Notes: generated from the letters alone by a model not told the origin. 64,000 nucleotides of DNA from an uncultured Candidatus Saccharibacteria bacterium (GCA_964633425.1 CAZWFX010000003.1:32357-96356); one strand, 5' to 3'; positions 34,584-45,478 are shown, numbered from the stretch's first letter. A program made the numbers and translations.

Positions 34584-34615
34584 AAAAAATCGCACGACGA
34601 ACGTGCGAATTTTTT
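34584..34615 (-). terminator. rho-independent terminator (symmetric A/T runs)
   Basis: AAAAAATCGCACG-ACGAA-CGTGCGAATTTTTT, located downstream of the minus-strand gene 34633-35106. Confidence 0.8.
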
Positions 34616-34632
34616 GCAGCACAACAGCTTTG

Positions 34633-35106
34633 TTACTGTTCGGTACCGGCGTTTTGCGAGTCTGTGATGCTCTCAGCCCCCTTGCACGCCTTTGCGGCTT
34701 CCCGGTACGTCTTCCAGGAGCTTTCCTTGTTCTTCTGCCACGTTAACTTTGCGCCCTTTGTTGCAGCAGCGAAATCACTCCATGCTTTTTTGACGGCAGT
34801 TTTAACCGCGGCAGCGTCTGTGCCCGTGTATGCCGCGGTGAGGGCAGTCGCACGTGCGGCGTATGCGGCAGCGACTGCTTGTGTCTGGAGCGCCGCTCCT
34901 GCTGAAAGCGAGGTCTCGCGTGCAGAGACGGCTGCTGCAACACACGCGATGTCTACCGGTCTATCTCCGCCGCCATCCTTCATTGCGCGCGACGTCGATG
35001 CCGGCCGTTCATTCATCGGCGCCCTTCCTCGTTCCTGCATTGCGGCGCCGGATGATGAGCCCATGATAAAGAGAGAACCGAGTGCTGCTGCAAGCCACGC
35101 TTTCAT
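34633..35106 (-). CDS. secreted Ala-rich hypothetical protein
   Basis: Signal peptide MKAWLAAALGSLFIMGSSSGAA. No family recognised. Confidence 0.55.
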   Translation of the reverse strand: MKAWLAAALGSLFIMGSSSGAAMQERGRAPMNERPASTSRAMKDGGGDRPVDIACVAAAVSARETSLSAGAALQTQAVAAAYAARATALTAAYTGTDAAAVKTAVKKAWSDFAAATKGAKLTWQKNKESSWKTYREAAKACKGAESITDSQNAGTEQ

Positions 35107-35236
35107 AAAGAAATATTTGATGATCTACCCCTGCTATATCGAAAGTGTATCCCGATATACAGCGCCGTTTCATGCGCGTGTGCATAAGTGCGCGATATAC
35201 TTACGTTGAGCTACCGCGCTTCGCGGCCTTTCGCGC

Positions 35237-37861
35237 ATGACCTTTTATCGCCCGCTACACACCGAGACAGACTTGCCCGACACATTTCCGTGGGCACACA
35301 CCCAAAGTGAGGTCTTGGCGATACTCAAGTCAGGAGAAAACGGTCTCAGCGAGGAGGAAGCACTGAAGCGTCTCACAGTTTTCGGCGAGAACGAGATACG
35401 TGCCCGCAAACACACGCAGGCGATCATCATATTGGGCAGACAGTTCATGAGCCCCCTCATTTTTATTCTGGTGGCCGCCGCTGCAATCACTATCGTACTC
35501 AACGAGCTCGTAGAGACGTTTGTGATCGTGCTTGCAGTCGTTGTAAACGCAGGACTCGGGTTCTATCAGGAATATCGTGCCGAGAACACGCTCGAGCGTC
35601 TGGAAGTCTACATGCGCGAGCGTGCGCGCGTGATACGCGCCGGGCATGAGCACGAGATCGAATCCTCGTACCTCGTGCCGGGAGATCTCGTTCGTCTTTC
35701 GCTTGGTAATCGTGTCCCGGCCGACGTCCGGATCGTCAACGAAACGGGATTCTACGTGGATGAATCATTCTTGACCGGGGAGTCGCTGCCCGTTCAAAAG
35801 CACACCGACATGGTCTCGGAGGGTGCACAGGTAACCGAGCGCACAAATATGGCGTTTGCCGGAGCGCTTGTGGTGGAGGGCTCGGCGACCGCAGTTGTTG
35901 TCGGGACAGGTAAGCACACGGAGATCGGGCGTATTGCGGAACTTGTCAGTATTTCGCATGACGAGGCCACGCCGCTGCAGCGATCGCTTTCGAATCTGGC
36001 GTGGGTGATATTCGGCGGCGTATTTGCGATCGATACGGGACTTTTCTTTCTTGGTATTTCTCGCGGTGAACCGATATTGGAGATGCTCTTGCTTGCGGTT
36101 GCGACAGCAATCGGTGCTGTGCCCGAGGCGTTACCGATTGCACTGACCGTCATCCTTGCCGTTGGTGTCGAGCGTATTGCAGAAAAGCGCGGCATCATGC
36201 GATCGCTCGCTGCGGCTGAAACACTGGGGTCGACGACGATCGTTATGACGGATAAAACCGGAACGCTTACTCAGGCAAAGATGCAGGTCACCGCGATACT
36301 CTCAAGGCGTCAGCTCGTGCAGGGGGTGCTAGAGCCGGAACACGGTACCGATGAAAAGCAGCTGCTTTCCGATGCGCTGCTTGCGACTGAAGCGACACTT
36401 GAGAACTCTTCCGTTGACAGGAGCGCCTGGCAATTCATAGGTAGGCCGTTGGAGAAGAATATCGCCTTGGCTGCGACCGCCGCCGGGATCGATGTGCTCG
36501 CGCTCACGACCACGCGGCGCGAAACCGTGCTGCCGTTCAATTCGACCAATAAATTTTCCGCAGCGCGGGACTCAAAGACCGGCCACGTAGTTGCCCTCGG
36601 TGCACCGGACGTACTTTTGCAACACGCAGATGTCTCGAAAGATGAATATATCGCAATCGAGTCAATGATCAGGACGCTCAGCGAAGAAGGAAAGCGACTG
36701 GTGGGCGTTGCGCGAATCGAAGCACCGGGCAGAAAGAAAATCGACTTCGACAAGGTGCGCACCATGACATTCATGGGGATTATTGTTCTCTATGATCCGA
36801 TCCGGCCGGATGCTAAGGATGCGGTTTCTAGGATCGAGAGCAAGGGTGCCCGGGTCGTCATGCTAACGGGTGACCTGAAGGGCACGGCAATGGCGATGGG
36901 GCGGGAGCTCGGATGGGATGTCACGGAGGCGAATGTTATGACCGGGGCGGAGATCCGTCAGCTTTCTGATCTCGAGCTCGAGGCGCGTCTGCCGCTCATC
37001 CGGATCTGTGCGCGTGTCACTCCCGAGGATAAGCTGCGTATCGGAAAGTTGTTCCAGGAGCGCGGAGAAGTGGTTGCGATGACCGGAGACGGCGTTAATG
37101 ACGCGCCGTCGTTGAAAGCAGTGAACATCGGCATTGCCCTCGGTTCAGGCACGGATGTGGCAAAAAGCGCGGCTGATCTTGTGCTGTTAGACGACAGTTT
37201 TGAGACAATCGTTCTTGCGATAGAAGAGGGAAGACGAATCATATCGAGCATACGAAAAACATTCGTCTACCTGATGTCGAACTGTCTCGATGAGGTGTTT
37301 TTGATCGGAGGCGCGCTTATTCTCTCGCTCCCGCTCCCGCTTTCGGCGATACAGATCATCTGGGTTAATTTCTTCACGGGTTCGCTCCCTGCGCTGGCAT
37401 TCGCGTTCGAGGAGAACCGTGATGTTGGGATCGAGCGATCGCATCGTGCGATCTTCAGCCGTGAAGTGCAGTACATCACGTTCGGTGTCGGTATCCTCAC
37501 GTCGTATTTACTGTTCGTTCTCTATGCGGGGCTGTTGCACTTCGGGGTGCCACTTGATGTGACGCGCACCGTGCTCTTTTTGAGCTTTGCGGGATACATT
37601 CTCATTATTTCGTACTCAATAAAGAGCCTCCATTCCGGATTGTTCAGTTATCCGCTTTTCGATAATCGGGCGCTTAACTGGGGAGTCGGGTCTGCGGTCG
37701 TACTGCTCATACTTTCCATGGCGGTGCCGTTTTTAAGAAACCTACTCGACCTTGTGTTGATCCCCCCGGTGTGGCTCGCGTTCGTGGCAGCATGGCTTAT
37801 ATTCAATGTATGCCTTGTTGAGGGGGCGAAGTGGATGTTCAGGCATCTCCACACCGAATAG
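35237..37861 (+). CDS. P-type cation-transporting ATPase (type II, Ca2+/Mg2+-like)
   Basis: TGES, DKTGTLT, VPEALPIALT, MLTGD and TGDGVNDAPSLK motifs, with about 10 TM segments. Confidence 0.9.
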   Translation: MTFYRPLHTETDLPDTFPWAHTQSEVLAILKSGENGLSEEEALKRLTVFGENEIRARKHTQAIIILGRQFMSPLIFILVAAAAITIVLNELVETFVIVLAVVVNAGLGFYQEYRAENTLERLEVYMRERARVIRAGHEHEIESSYLVPGDLVRLSLGNRVPADVRIVNETGFYVDESFLTGESLPVQKHTDMVSEGAQVTERTNMAFAGALVVEGSATAVVVGTGKHTEIGRIAELVSISHDEATPLQRSLSNLAWVIFGGVFAIDTGLFFLGISRGEPILEMLLLAVATAIGAVPEALPIALTVILAVGVERIAEKRGIMRSLAAAETLGSTTIVMTDKTGTLTQAKMQVTAILSRRQLVQGVLEPEHGTDEKQLLSDALLATEATLENSSVDRSAWQFIGRPLEKNIALAATAAGIDVLALTTTRRETVLPFNSTNKFSAARDSKTGHVVALGAPDVLLQHADVSKDEYIAIESMIRTLSEEGKRLVGVARIEAPGRKKIDFDKVRTMTFMGIIVLYDPIRPDAKDAVSRIESKGARVVMLTGDLKGTAMAMGRELGWDVTEANVMTGAEIRQLSDLELEARLPLIRICARVTPEDKLRIGKLFQERGEVVAMTGDGVNDAPSLKAVNIGIALGSGTDVAKSAADLVLLDDSFETIVLAIEEGRRIISSIRKTFVYLMSNCLDEVFLIGGALILSLPLPLSAIQIIWVNFFTGSLPALAFAFEENRDVGIERSHRAIFSREVQYITFGVGILTSYLLFVLYAGLLHFGVPLDVTRTVLFLSFAGYILIISYSIKSLHSGLFSYPLFDNRALNWGVGSAVVLLILSMAVPFLRNLLDLVLIPPVWLAFVAAWLIFNVCLVEGAKWMFRHLHTE

Positions 37862-37885
37862 GGACACAATTGCTATACTGAACAT

Positions 37886-38962
37886 ATGAAGGGAACTCAG
37901 GCGCAGTATTATTTCTTGCTTGCCCTGCTTACGGGCGCCGTATGGGTCGCTTTTTTGGTCGTGAAGCCGTTTTTCTCCGCCCTCGCACTCGGCGCCGTGT
38001 TCGCTGTGGTACTGCAGCCCGTATACCGCCGGATTCTCCGTTCAGTCGGCGGCAAGCCGTCTCTCGCTGCGCTCTCGACTGTTGCGGTCAGCGTCGTCAT
38101 TGTGTTGATACCGGTCATATTTGTTTCATTACAGCTTCTGAAGGAGGCGCAGACTCTGTATACATCGCTCAACGATACTGACACGCAGCGCGTATTCTCT
38201 CAGTGGGTCGCCGTGAACGGTCCGAAGGCAGACCACTACATACCAAACGCGTCGCAGTCGCTGCGCGAGCTCTCCGCCAGCTTTGACGACTATGCACGAA
38301 CCGCTGCCTCGTGGATCGTGTTGAATATCGGCGCCGCATTCTCGTCGATTGCATCGCTTTTCCTTGATCTGTTCATCTTTTTTGTAACACTCTATTACTT
38401 GCTGCGTGACGGTGGTCGGCTGAAACAGTACCTGATTGAATTGTCCCCGTTGAATGACAGCGACGATGAACACATTGTCAATAAACTTGAGGTTGCGGTA
38501 AATTCCGTCGTGAAGGGCAAACTGGCCATTGCGGTCATTCAGGGCGTTCTTGCCGGGATCGGACTTGCGATCTTCGGTGTGCCGAATCCTGTCGTATGGG
38601 GACTCGTGGCGGTTGTAGTGTCGCTCATACCGCCGGTCGGTACCGCGCTCGTGTTGGTGCCGTCCATTGCGTATCTCATGATTGCAGGAGCTCTGCCGTC
38701 TGCAATCGGCCTTACCGTGTGGGCAGTCGGAGTGAGCGTTATAGATAATGTGATCGGTCCGCGCCTTATCGGTGGGGGAATGCAGATCCATCCGCTTTTG
38801 GTACTGCTCTCGGTACTCGGTGGTCTTGCGTTGTTCGGTCCGGTCGGGCTCTTTTTGGGACCGCTTTCGATCGCGCTTTTGCTCGCACTGCTCTCTCTGC
38901 ATGCATTTATTGCACCCGAGAGCAGTAAGAAGACGCTTCCGCCCGAGTCACTATCTCTATGA
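37886..38962 (+). CDS. AI-2E family transporter (PerM/UPF0118)
   Basis: 8-TM profile with typical conserved segments (GKLAIAVIQGVLAGIGLAIFGVPNPVVWG, SLIPPVG). Confidence 0.8.
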   Translation: MKGTQAQYYFLLALLTGAVWVAFLVVKPFFSALALGAVFAVVLQPVYRRILRSVGGKPSLAALSTVAVSVVIVLIPVIFVSLQLLKEAQTLYTSLNDTDTQRVFSQWVAVNGPKADHYIPNASQSLRELSASFDDYARTAASWIVLNIGAAFSSIASLFLDLFIFFVTLYYLLRDGGRLKQYLIELSPLNDSDDEHIVNKLEVAVNSVVKGKLAIAVIQGVLAGIGLAIFGVPNPVVWGLVAVVVSLIPPVGTALVLVPSIAYLMIAGALPSAIGLTVWAVGVSVIDNVIGPRLIGGGMQIHPLLVLLSVLGGLALFGPVGLFLGPLSIALLLALLSLHAFIAPESSKKTLPPESLSL

Positions 38963-39570
38963 TGAAAGAACAAAGCGGTTTACGGGTTGTTGCAATAATT
39001 GTGGTGCTTGCTGTCATTGGTGCTGCCGCGTATATCATGGCGCGACCGGTTTCAGAGAAGCCCTCCATCGGGGAAGATCAGGATCCGCGCGAACGAATGA
39101 TGTCGTATATCGGTGCATCAGAATACGATGTGGATTTTTTGTATCCGGACAGCTACACGCTCGTAGAGCACGATGTGGGTAATCAGGCAGAGCGAGCCCA
39201 CCATACAGTTTCACTTGTACTGAATGACGACTATGCTCGCATGGGAACCGACAGCGAAGGCCCTACGGCGATTACGATCGATATATTCGGGAACGCCCAA
39301 GATTCACGTGGGCTCGAGCAGTGGATACGGAATACGTCGATATCCAACTTTAAACTCTCCAAAGACCAGGTACTCTCAACGTCCACCGTTGCGGGCCTTG
39401 ATGCGTTGTCGTACACATGGGACGGCTTGTACAGCGGAGATAGTACCGTAGTCCGCAGCGGCTCCCGTATCTATATGTTCTCGGTCACCTATATGGATAC
39501 TGCTGCGCCGATACGAGATCACTACGCCAAGTTGGTCAAAAGTGTTCGATTTCGTTCGCCCTCGCGATAG
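38959..39570 (+). CDS. hypothetical membrane-anchored protein
   Basis: ATGA overlap with the upstream gene. One N-terminal TM segment. No family recognised. Confidence 0.55.
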   Translation: MMKEQSGLRVVAIIVVLAVIGAAAYIMARPVSEKPSIGEDQDPRERMMSYIGASEYDVDFLYPDSYTLVEHDVGNQAERAHHTVSLVLNDDYARMGTDSEGPTAITIDIFGNAQDSRGLEQWIRNTSISNFKLSKDQVLSTSTVAGLDALSYTWDGLYSGDSTVVRSGSRIYMFSVTYMDTAAPIRDHYAKLVKSVRFRSPSR

Positions 39571-39628
39571 GCATTCCGTCGCTGTGCGGGGCGCTCCTTG
39601 CGCTTGCCTGAGCGGCACAGTACACTTA

Positions 39629-39649
39629 TTACTTAGGACTCCTAAGTAA
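39629..39649. promoter_or_regulatory. perfect 21-bp palindrome overlapping the marR start codon (candidate MarR operator)
   Basis: TTACTTAGGA-C-TCCTAAGTAA; its last base is the A of the ATG at 39649. Confidence 0.55.
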
Positions 39650-40104
39650 TGAAGATGAGCGACTTATCGCGTTCAGCAGCTGCATACGGCGAACTCTCGG
39701 GATTGTTTTTCGAGACCCGCCAGATCATCCGGCAGAATTTGCCGGGGGCAAAGCGTTCGGATCCGAACGCGTGGTTGCGTTTGCAGACCATTCAGTTCAT
39801 CGAGCGCACTGATGCGCCCACGATGCACGACGTAGCCGCGTACTTACGTGTAAAAGCTCCGTCAGCAACGTCACTGATAGCTCACCTGGTCTCGCAGGGA
39901 CTCATTACCCGGCGTCCGGGAAGCGATCGGCGGGAGGTCATTCTTTCGGTCACTCCGGCGGGCAGACGCGCCCTCATGGAATTCGGAGAACAGTCCGAAA
40001 AAATGATGCGAACGACTTTTTCTACTCTCGATGAGGCGGAAGTCGGTTCTCTGTGTACCATCTTAAAAAAACTTATCCGCGGCAACGCGAAATCAACTCA
40101 TTAA
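39649..40104 (+). CDS. MarR family transcriptional regulator
   Basis: wHTH pattern TMHDVAAYLRVKAPSATSLIAHLVSQGLITRRPGSDRREVILSVTPAG. Confidence 0.85.
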   Translation: MKMSDLSRSAAAYGELSGLFFETRQIIRQNLPGAKRSDPNAWLRLQTIQFIERTDAPTMHDVAAYLRVKAPSATSLIAHLVSQGLITRRPGSDRREVILSVTPAGRRALMEFGEQSEKMMRTTFSTLDEAEVGSLCTILKKLIRGNAKSTH

Positions 40105-40116
40105 TCAATTTGTAGT

Positions 40117-41763
40117 ATGAACTCTATGCTTGATCGGATCCGTACCCTCTACCGTGCTCTTGCGCGTCGTTTCAAAAAGAACGGCTGGAAAGTGAACACC
40201 GCTATCGCGGTGGTTCTGTTTGCGGTCGTCTTCGGCCTCGGGAAGTTCCTTGGCTCGTCCCCGGCCGAGACAGAAGCGGCGGCGCAGGCGCGACAGGTTG
40301 AAGTGAAGAGCGTCGCAGAGCTTTCGTCAGATCAGCCTACACTTTCCATCGTCGGTCTTGTCTCCTCGAAGTCCGAGGCAACTGTTCGTGCGGAAAAGTC
40401 CGGTCAGGTAACTGGAGTCAATCGCGCTCTGGGCGACAGTGTATCGGCGGGAACGATTGTTGCATCAATAGAGAACGCATCCGAAAATGCGGCGGTGCTT
40501 TCTGCGCAGGGGGCTGTTGATGCGGCTCAGGCTGCGCTTGCAAAGATCTCCGGCGGTTCACGCGATGAACAGAAAGCAATTTTGCAGTCATCGGTAGAAA
40601 TCTCACAGAGCGGCTACATTTCGGCACAGTCAACAGCGGTGAACGCACTGCTTTCTTCGTTTGCCACCGTTGACTCATCGGTACGCGGTACAGCAGATCC
40701 CATGTTCTCTAATCCCGACTCGTTCAACCCGCAGTTCAACGTGCTCAGCTCAGATTCGCAGCTCACGATCAATATCAATAATGCCCGGGTGAACATGGGT
40801 CCGATTCTTGAGCGGGAGGCCGCGCTCTCGAAATCGATCAGCACCGCGTCAGACCTCGTAGCGGAGCTTGATAAGGAAGAGGCCGAACTCCGCGTGGTAC
40901 GATCGTTCTTCGATCAGATCATTCGCGCCTTGAATTCCGGCGTCCCTTCGCAGAATGTTTCAGCATCGACCATTGCCACATATCAGGCAAGTGCGATAGC
41001 GGCTCGCGCTTCGGTCAACGGCGCGCTGGCTTCGATCTCCGCCGCAAAGGAAAACCTCGCTGCAAAAAAGCAGGGGATCACTGTGGCGCAAAAGAATCTT
41101 GAACAAGGCGTGACCGGAGGTCAGAAGGAGGATGTGGCCGGTGCGCAGGCGGGGCTCAAACAGGCGCAGGGATCGCTCGCTGCGGCGCGAGCCAATCTTG
41201 AAAAGACCTACATTCGTGCCCCTATTTCCGGCACCATCAATTCGTTTTCGTTAAAGCGAGGTGATTACGTAGCGATGCAGTCGCCGGTACTCACCGTTGC
41301 AAACAACGGTGCGCTGGAAATCGTTGCGTATGTCACCGAGAATGACGCAAAAGACATTGCGGTCGGCAGCAAAGTGGCAATCGAGAACGGTGGAACGGGT
41401 ATCGTTACCCGTGTCGCACCGGCGCTTGATCCCGTCACAAAGAAAATCGAAGTCCGTATCGGAGTGTCGGGTGCTGCGGATCTTATAAACGGTCAGTCGG
41501 TTATTGTGGAGATCAATCGCGCCAATGCACGCATCTCATCAAAGATCGATAAGGTTACCGTGCCGATCTCCGCAATTAAGATCGGTGCCGACGAAACAGT
41601 CGTATTTACGGTAGGCGAGAACAATGCACTTGTCGCGCATGTTGTTACCGTCGGCGAGCTGCTCGGCGATCGTGTTGTGATCACTGATGGTGTAACCGCG
41701 GATATGAAGATCGTGACCGATGCGCGCGGTCTGCGGGACGGTCAATCCGTCACGACCCAATAA
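40117..41763 (+). CDS. efflux RND/MFP periplasmic adaptor subunit with long coiled coil
   Basis: N-terminal TM segment, GQVTGVNRALGDSVSAGTIVASIE ... IRAPISGTINSFSLKRGDYV, and a long helical hairpin. Confidence 0.8.
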   Translation: MNSMLDRIRTLYRALARRFKKNGWKVNTAIAVVLFAVVFGLGKFLGSSPAETEAAAQARQVEVKSVAELSSDQPTLSIVGLVSSKSEATVRAEKSGQVTGVNRALGDSVSAGTIVASIENASENAAVLSAQGAVDAAQAALAKISGGSRDEQKAILQSSVEISQSGYISAQSTAVNALLSSFATVDSSVRGTADPMFSNPDSFNPQFNVLSSDSQLTININNARVNMGPILEREAALSKSISTASDLVAELDKEEAELRVVRSFFDQIIRALNSGVPSQNVSASTIATYQASAIAARASVNGALASISAAKENLAAKKQGITVAQKNLEQGVTGGQKEDVAGAQAGLKQAQGSLAAARANLEKTYIRAPISGTINSFSLKRGDYVAMQSPVLTVANNGALEIVAYVTENDAKDIAVGSKVAIENGGTGIVTRVAPALDPVTKKIEVRIGVSGAADLINGQSVIVEINRANARISSKIDKVTVPISAIKIGADETVVFTVGENNALVAHVVTVGELLGDRVVITDGVTADMKIVTDARGLRDGQSVTTQ

Positions 41764-41770
41764 CAACACC

Positions 41771-44700
41771 ATGCTTCCTCTCTGGCAGTTTTTTATTGAA
41801 CGCAGGCAGTTCACGATACTTGTGATCGCAGCTTTGTCGCTGTGGGGTATCGTTGCTGCGTTCCAGATAACCAAGGAATCGACACCTGATGTGTCGATTC
41901 CCGTAGGTGTTGTCTCGATTGCGATGCCGGGCGCGTCACCTGAGGACGTTGAGCGACTCATCACCGATAAGGTTGAAGAGCGCCTCGCCAACTTGCCTGA
42001 CATGAGCAAGATCACGTCGAACTCGCGTGAAAGTCTCTCTATGGTGGTCGTCGAGTTTAATGCCGACGCCGATCTTGATAAGTCGATTCAGAAACTCAAG
42101 GACGAAGTCGATAAGGTTGTTCCGGATCTTCCGGAGGACGCGACAACGCCTGTGGTTAGCGATGTGAATCTTACAGATCAGCCGATCCAGTTCATATCCG
42201 TCTCTGCTGATTTGCCGCCACAGCAGTTCGCCGAGCTCGGCGATGCGCTGAAGTGCGATCTTCAAGCAGTCAAAGGAGTGAACCGAATTGACGTTGCGGG
42301 TGTGCGTGATCGCGAGATACAGGTGGTCGTACGAAAAGAGGAGATATCCCGACTCGGGATTTCTTTACAGCAGGTGATTGGCGCGATCGCGGCCTCGAAC
42401 GCATCGCTCCCTATCGGGTCAATCACAGTCAATGATATTTCATACGCGATCGACTTCCGGGGCAGTATTGATTCGACGGCGGATATCGGCAGCATCGCCA
42501 TATTGAATGTAGCGGGACAAGTCGTGTATTTGCGTGATATTGCCGACGTAACCGACGGTGTAGAAGACGCGCGGTCGTATTCACGCATCGCCATCGAGGG
42601 TAAGCCGTCGCAGCAGGCAATGACGCTCTATGTGTTTAAAGTCCGTGGCAATGACATTACGGACGTGACGGCCGCAGTAAAGGCTCGTTTGGAACAGCTA
42701 CGCGAGCCGGGGCAATTACTCGACGGGTCAGATGTGGTGATTTCGTATGATTCATCGGAAGAAATCAGTAAAAGCCTCAAGGAATTGACCCGCACCGGCC
42801 TCGAAACCGTCGCACTGATCATGCTTGTCCTGTTTGCGACCATCGGTTGGCGCGAAGCAGTCGTCGCCGGCCTTTCAATCCCGTTGTCGTTCTTTATTGC
42901 GTTCATCGGTCTCCTGTACACGGGAAACTCCTTCAACGTGGTGTCACTCTTCGCTCTCATTTTGGCCATCGGCATCCTCATCGATGCGGGTATCGTGATC
43001 GTGGAAGCAATCCATACGCGCACGCGGCTCTACCACGACAAGAAGCGCGCCGCGATTGAATCCCTGCACGAATACGCGTGGCCGCTTATCGGAGGAACCA
43101 TGACGACGGTCGCAGTGTTTTTCCCGCTGTTCTTCATCTCAGGTATTGTCGGCGAGTTCATCGCGTCGATTCCGTTCACTATTATTTTCGTCCTTATTGC
43201 ATCGATCTTCGTGGCGCTCGGTCTCGTACCGACGCTTGCAAATATGTTTGAAGGCAAGCATGAGTCGGAGATCGCAAAACGTCAGGACGAGTACGCCGAG
43301 CGTGCCCGTGTGTGGTATGCGAAACACCTTCGTGTCTTTTTGCATAACCGCAAACTGCAAAATTGGTTCTTGGTCGCCATGGGTACAGGCTTGGTTGTTG
43401 CGATCATGTTGCCGATTTTTGGGATCATGAAAGTCAGCTTCTTCCCCGGAGAAAATGGAGACATTGTGTATGTTGATATCGAGAAGCCGTCCGGCACGGC
43501 ACTGAATTCCACCGACCTGACAGCACGCGCCGCTGAAGAGCTTTTGTACGGAGATCCGAACATCGAATCGCTCGTGACCACTGTCGGCTCACAAAGCTCA
43601 TTCTCCGACACGACCGGCATGGGGCCACAGTCGGACCCGCGTTTTGCAAACATAACGGTGAACCTCGTCGAAGACCACGATAAAACGTCTGCGGAAATGG
43701 TCGAGGATATAAAGAAGAAGATGGCATCAATTAAGTCCGCCGAAATACGCGTCGGAGAGCTCTCGGGCGGACCGCCGGTTGGCGCGGCCGTGCTGGTGAA
43801 GTATCTGGGTAAAGACCAGGCGACGCTTAATTCCGTTATCGCGCAGGCCCGTGACACGCTTGAGCGAACAGAGGGCGCGACCACGGTCGACTCTTCGAAT
43901 AAATTCGACGGTACGCAGTATGAGTTATCCATAGATCGAGCGAAGCTTGCAGCTCTCGGTCTGTCACCGGCGACTGTTGCGGCGACACTTCGAACCGCGG
44001 TCTCGGGCGCTACGGCAACCAAGCTTACCGGAGGGGAGAAGGATGTAGAAATCGTCGTTTCGCTCAATCTCAACCCGAATGCGACCGATCCTCACGACGC
44101 GAATAACACCACTATCGATAGCCTGCGCCAGATCCCGCTCGTTACACCGAACGGCAATTCCGTGCTGCTTGGATCAGTGATCACCGAAGGCGTATCACAA
44201 TCGAATGCTGCTATCGCTCACGAAGGGCGTCAGCGGGTCATGACCCTCTCGAGCTCGGTCTTGCCCGGGTACACGCCGGCGGAAGTACTCGCGTCGTTCC
44301 ACAAGGAATTTCCGACCGAAAACCTTCCGGCAGGCATCACCGAATCAATCGGCGGTGAGAACGAGGAAACGAACAAGTCGTTCGCAGAAATGGGTCTCGC
44401 GCTCGTGGCGGGGCTCGGACTCATGTTCGTAATCCTTGTGCTTGCGTTCGATTCGTTCCGCTTTACGGCGTTTCTGCTTTCGATTGTTCCGCTTTCGCTC
44501 ATCGGTGTGTTCTTCGGTCTGACAATCACATTTCAGCCGCTGTCGTTCCCGTCTATGATGGGCTTGATCGCGCTCGCCGGCGTCATCATTAACCACGCCA
44601 TCATTCTGATGGACGCAATCATTAAGCGGCTCGCTGAAGGCAGCGGCAAATCATTTGCGGACATCGTGACGGAGGCCGCGACGACTCGCTTGCGACCTAT

Positions 44701-44887
44701 CGTCCTCACCACACTGACGACTGTGATCGGCATGGTTCCGCTAACGTATGCCTCTGCGCTCTTCGGTCCGCTGGCGCTTTCGATCCTGTTCGGTCTGACG
44801 TTCGCGATGATCCTCACGCTCGTACTTATTCCGGTGCTCGTATTCCGCTGGCCGGGCAAATTGCCTGAAGGAATTGTTAGGGAGTAA
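41771..44887 (+). CDS. RND superfamily efflux transporter permease (AcrB-like)
   Basis: About 1038 aa in a 12-TM AcrB-like layout with two large loops. I chose the Met at 41771 (MLPLWQFFIERRQFT). Confidence 0.85.
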   Translation: MLPLWQFFIERRQFTILVIAALSLWGIVAAFQITKESTPDVSIPVGVVSIAMPGASPEDVERLITDKVEERLANLPDMSKITSNSRESLSMVVVEFNADADLDKSIQKLKDEVDKVVPDLPEDATTPVVSDVNLTDQPIQFISVSADLPPQQFAELGDALKCDLQAVKGVNRIDVAGVRDREIQVVVRKEEISRLGISLQQVIGAIAASNASLPIGSITVNDISYAIDFRGSIDSTADIGSIAILNVAGQVVYLRDIADVTDGVEDARSYSRIAIEGKPSQQAMTLYVFKVRGNDITDVTAAVKARLEQLREPGQLLDGSDVVISYDSSEEISKSLKELTRTGLETVALIMLVLFATIGWREAVVAGLSIPLSFFIAFIGLLYTGNSFNVVSLFALILAIGILIDAGIVIVEAIHTRTRLYHDKKRAAIESLHEYAWPLIGGTMTTVAVFFPLFFISGIVGEFIASIPFTIIFVLIASIFVALGLVPTLANMFEGKHESEIAKRQDEYAERARVWYAKHLRVFLHNRKLQNWFLVAMGTGLVVAIMLPIFGIMKVSFFPGENGDIVYVDIEKPSGTALNSTDLTARAAEELLYGDPNIESLVTTVGSQSSFSDTTGMGPQSDPRFANITVNLVEDHDKTSAEMVEDIKKKMASIKSAEIRVGELSGGPPVGAAVLVKYLGKDQATLNSVIAQARDTLERTEGATTVDSSNKFDGTQYELSIDRAKLAALGLSPATVAATLRTAVSGATATKLTGGEKDVEIVVSLNLNPNATDPHDANNTTIDSLRQIPLVTPNGNSVLLGSVITEGVSQSNAAIAHEGRQRVMTLSSSVLPGYTPAEVLASFHKEFPTENLPAGITESIGGENEETNKSFAEMGLALVAGLGLMFVILVLAFDSFRFTAFLLSIVPLSLIGVFFGLTITFQPLSFPSMMGLIALAGVIINHAIILMDAIIKRLAEGSGKSFADIVTEAATTRLRPIVLTTLTTVIGMVPLTYASALFGPLALSILFGLTFAMILTLVLIPVLVFRWPGKLPEGIVRE

Positions 44888-45023
44888 TGGCTTCCTTCTC
44901 GGCAACTCCGGTCCGGAGTCTCGCCGCCGACAGAACGTGCCGCACTTCGCATGAGCGGGGCCTACTTCCTGCCTCATCGAGTATCTTCATTAAAAATTTC
45001 GAAAGAGATGAAATACTCACCCC

Positions 45024-45305
45024 ATGAGAAAAGTGGTGGTGTTCATCGGCTCTCGGGATGCGGATATAGTCCGGGATGCGATAGCCGGCAGGAGTGCCGG
45101 ATTGCTCGCTAATTACTCGGAATCGGTCTCGCGGGCAATGGTAGGCGAGTACGGCTCGTTGCGCGCCCTCGATGAGCGGAGAATCGAGTTTGTCTGCGAT
45201 GACGATACGTACCACTCGATTGTTGAAGCGATCAAAACTGCTGTACCGCCATACGCCGCTTCTATCGACTCGTGGTCGATGGAAACCTACGCTCACGCAC
45301 GCTGA
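45024..45305 (+). CDS. small YqfO/NIF3-insert-like (PII-like fold) protein
   Basis: KVVVFIGSRDADIVRDAIAGRSAGLLANYSES..........ERRIEFVC......IVEAIKTAVPPY resembles the stand-alone YqfO C-terminal domain family. The competing minus-strand 203-aa ORF looks like noise. Confidence 0.45.
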   Translation: MRKVVVFIGSRDADIVRDAIAGRSAGLLANYSESVSRAMVGEYGSLRALDERRIEFVCDDDTYHSIVEAIKTAVPPYAASIDSWSMETYAHAR

Positions 45306-45478
45306 AAGAGGCACTGCATTCGTGCGTCTCATGTATAGCCTCGATTTCGATCCTGCGACGCTCGTCTGCCGGGCGAGTGTCGTGGGATCGACTCCAGGCG
45401 ACACGACGTTTCCACGACCCGTCATGTGGGAAATTGAACCCTCGTGGGCCGAGAACTCACGGGGTATACTTGCGTTGT

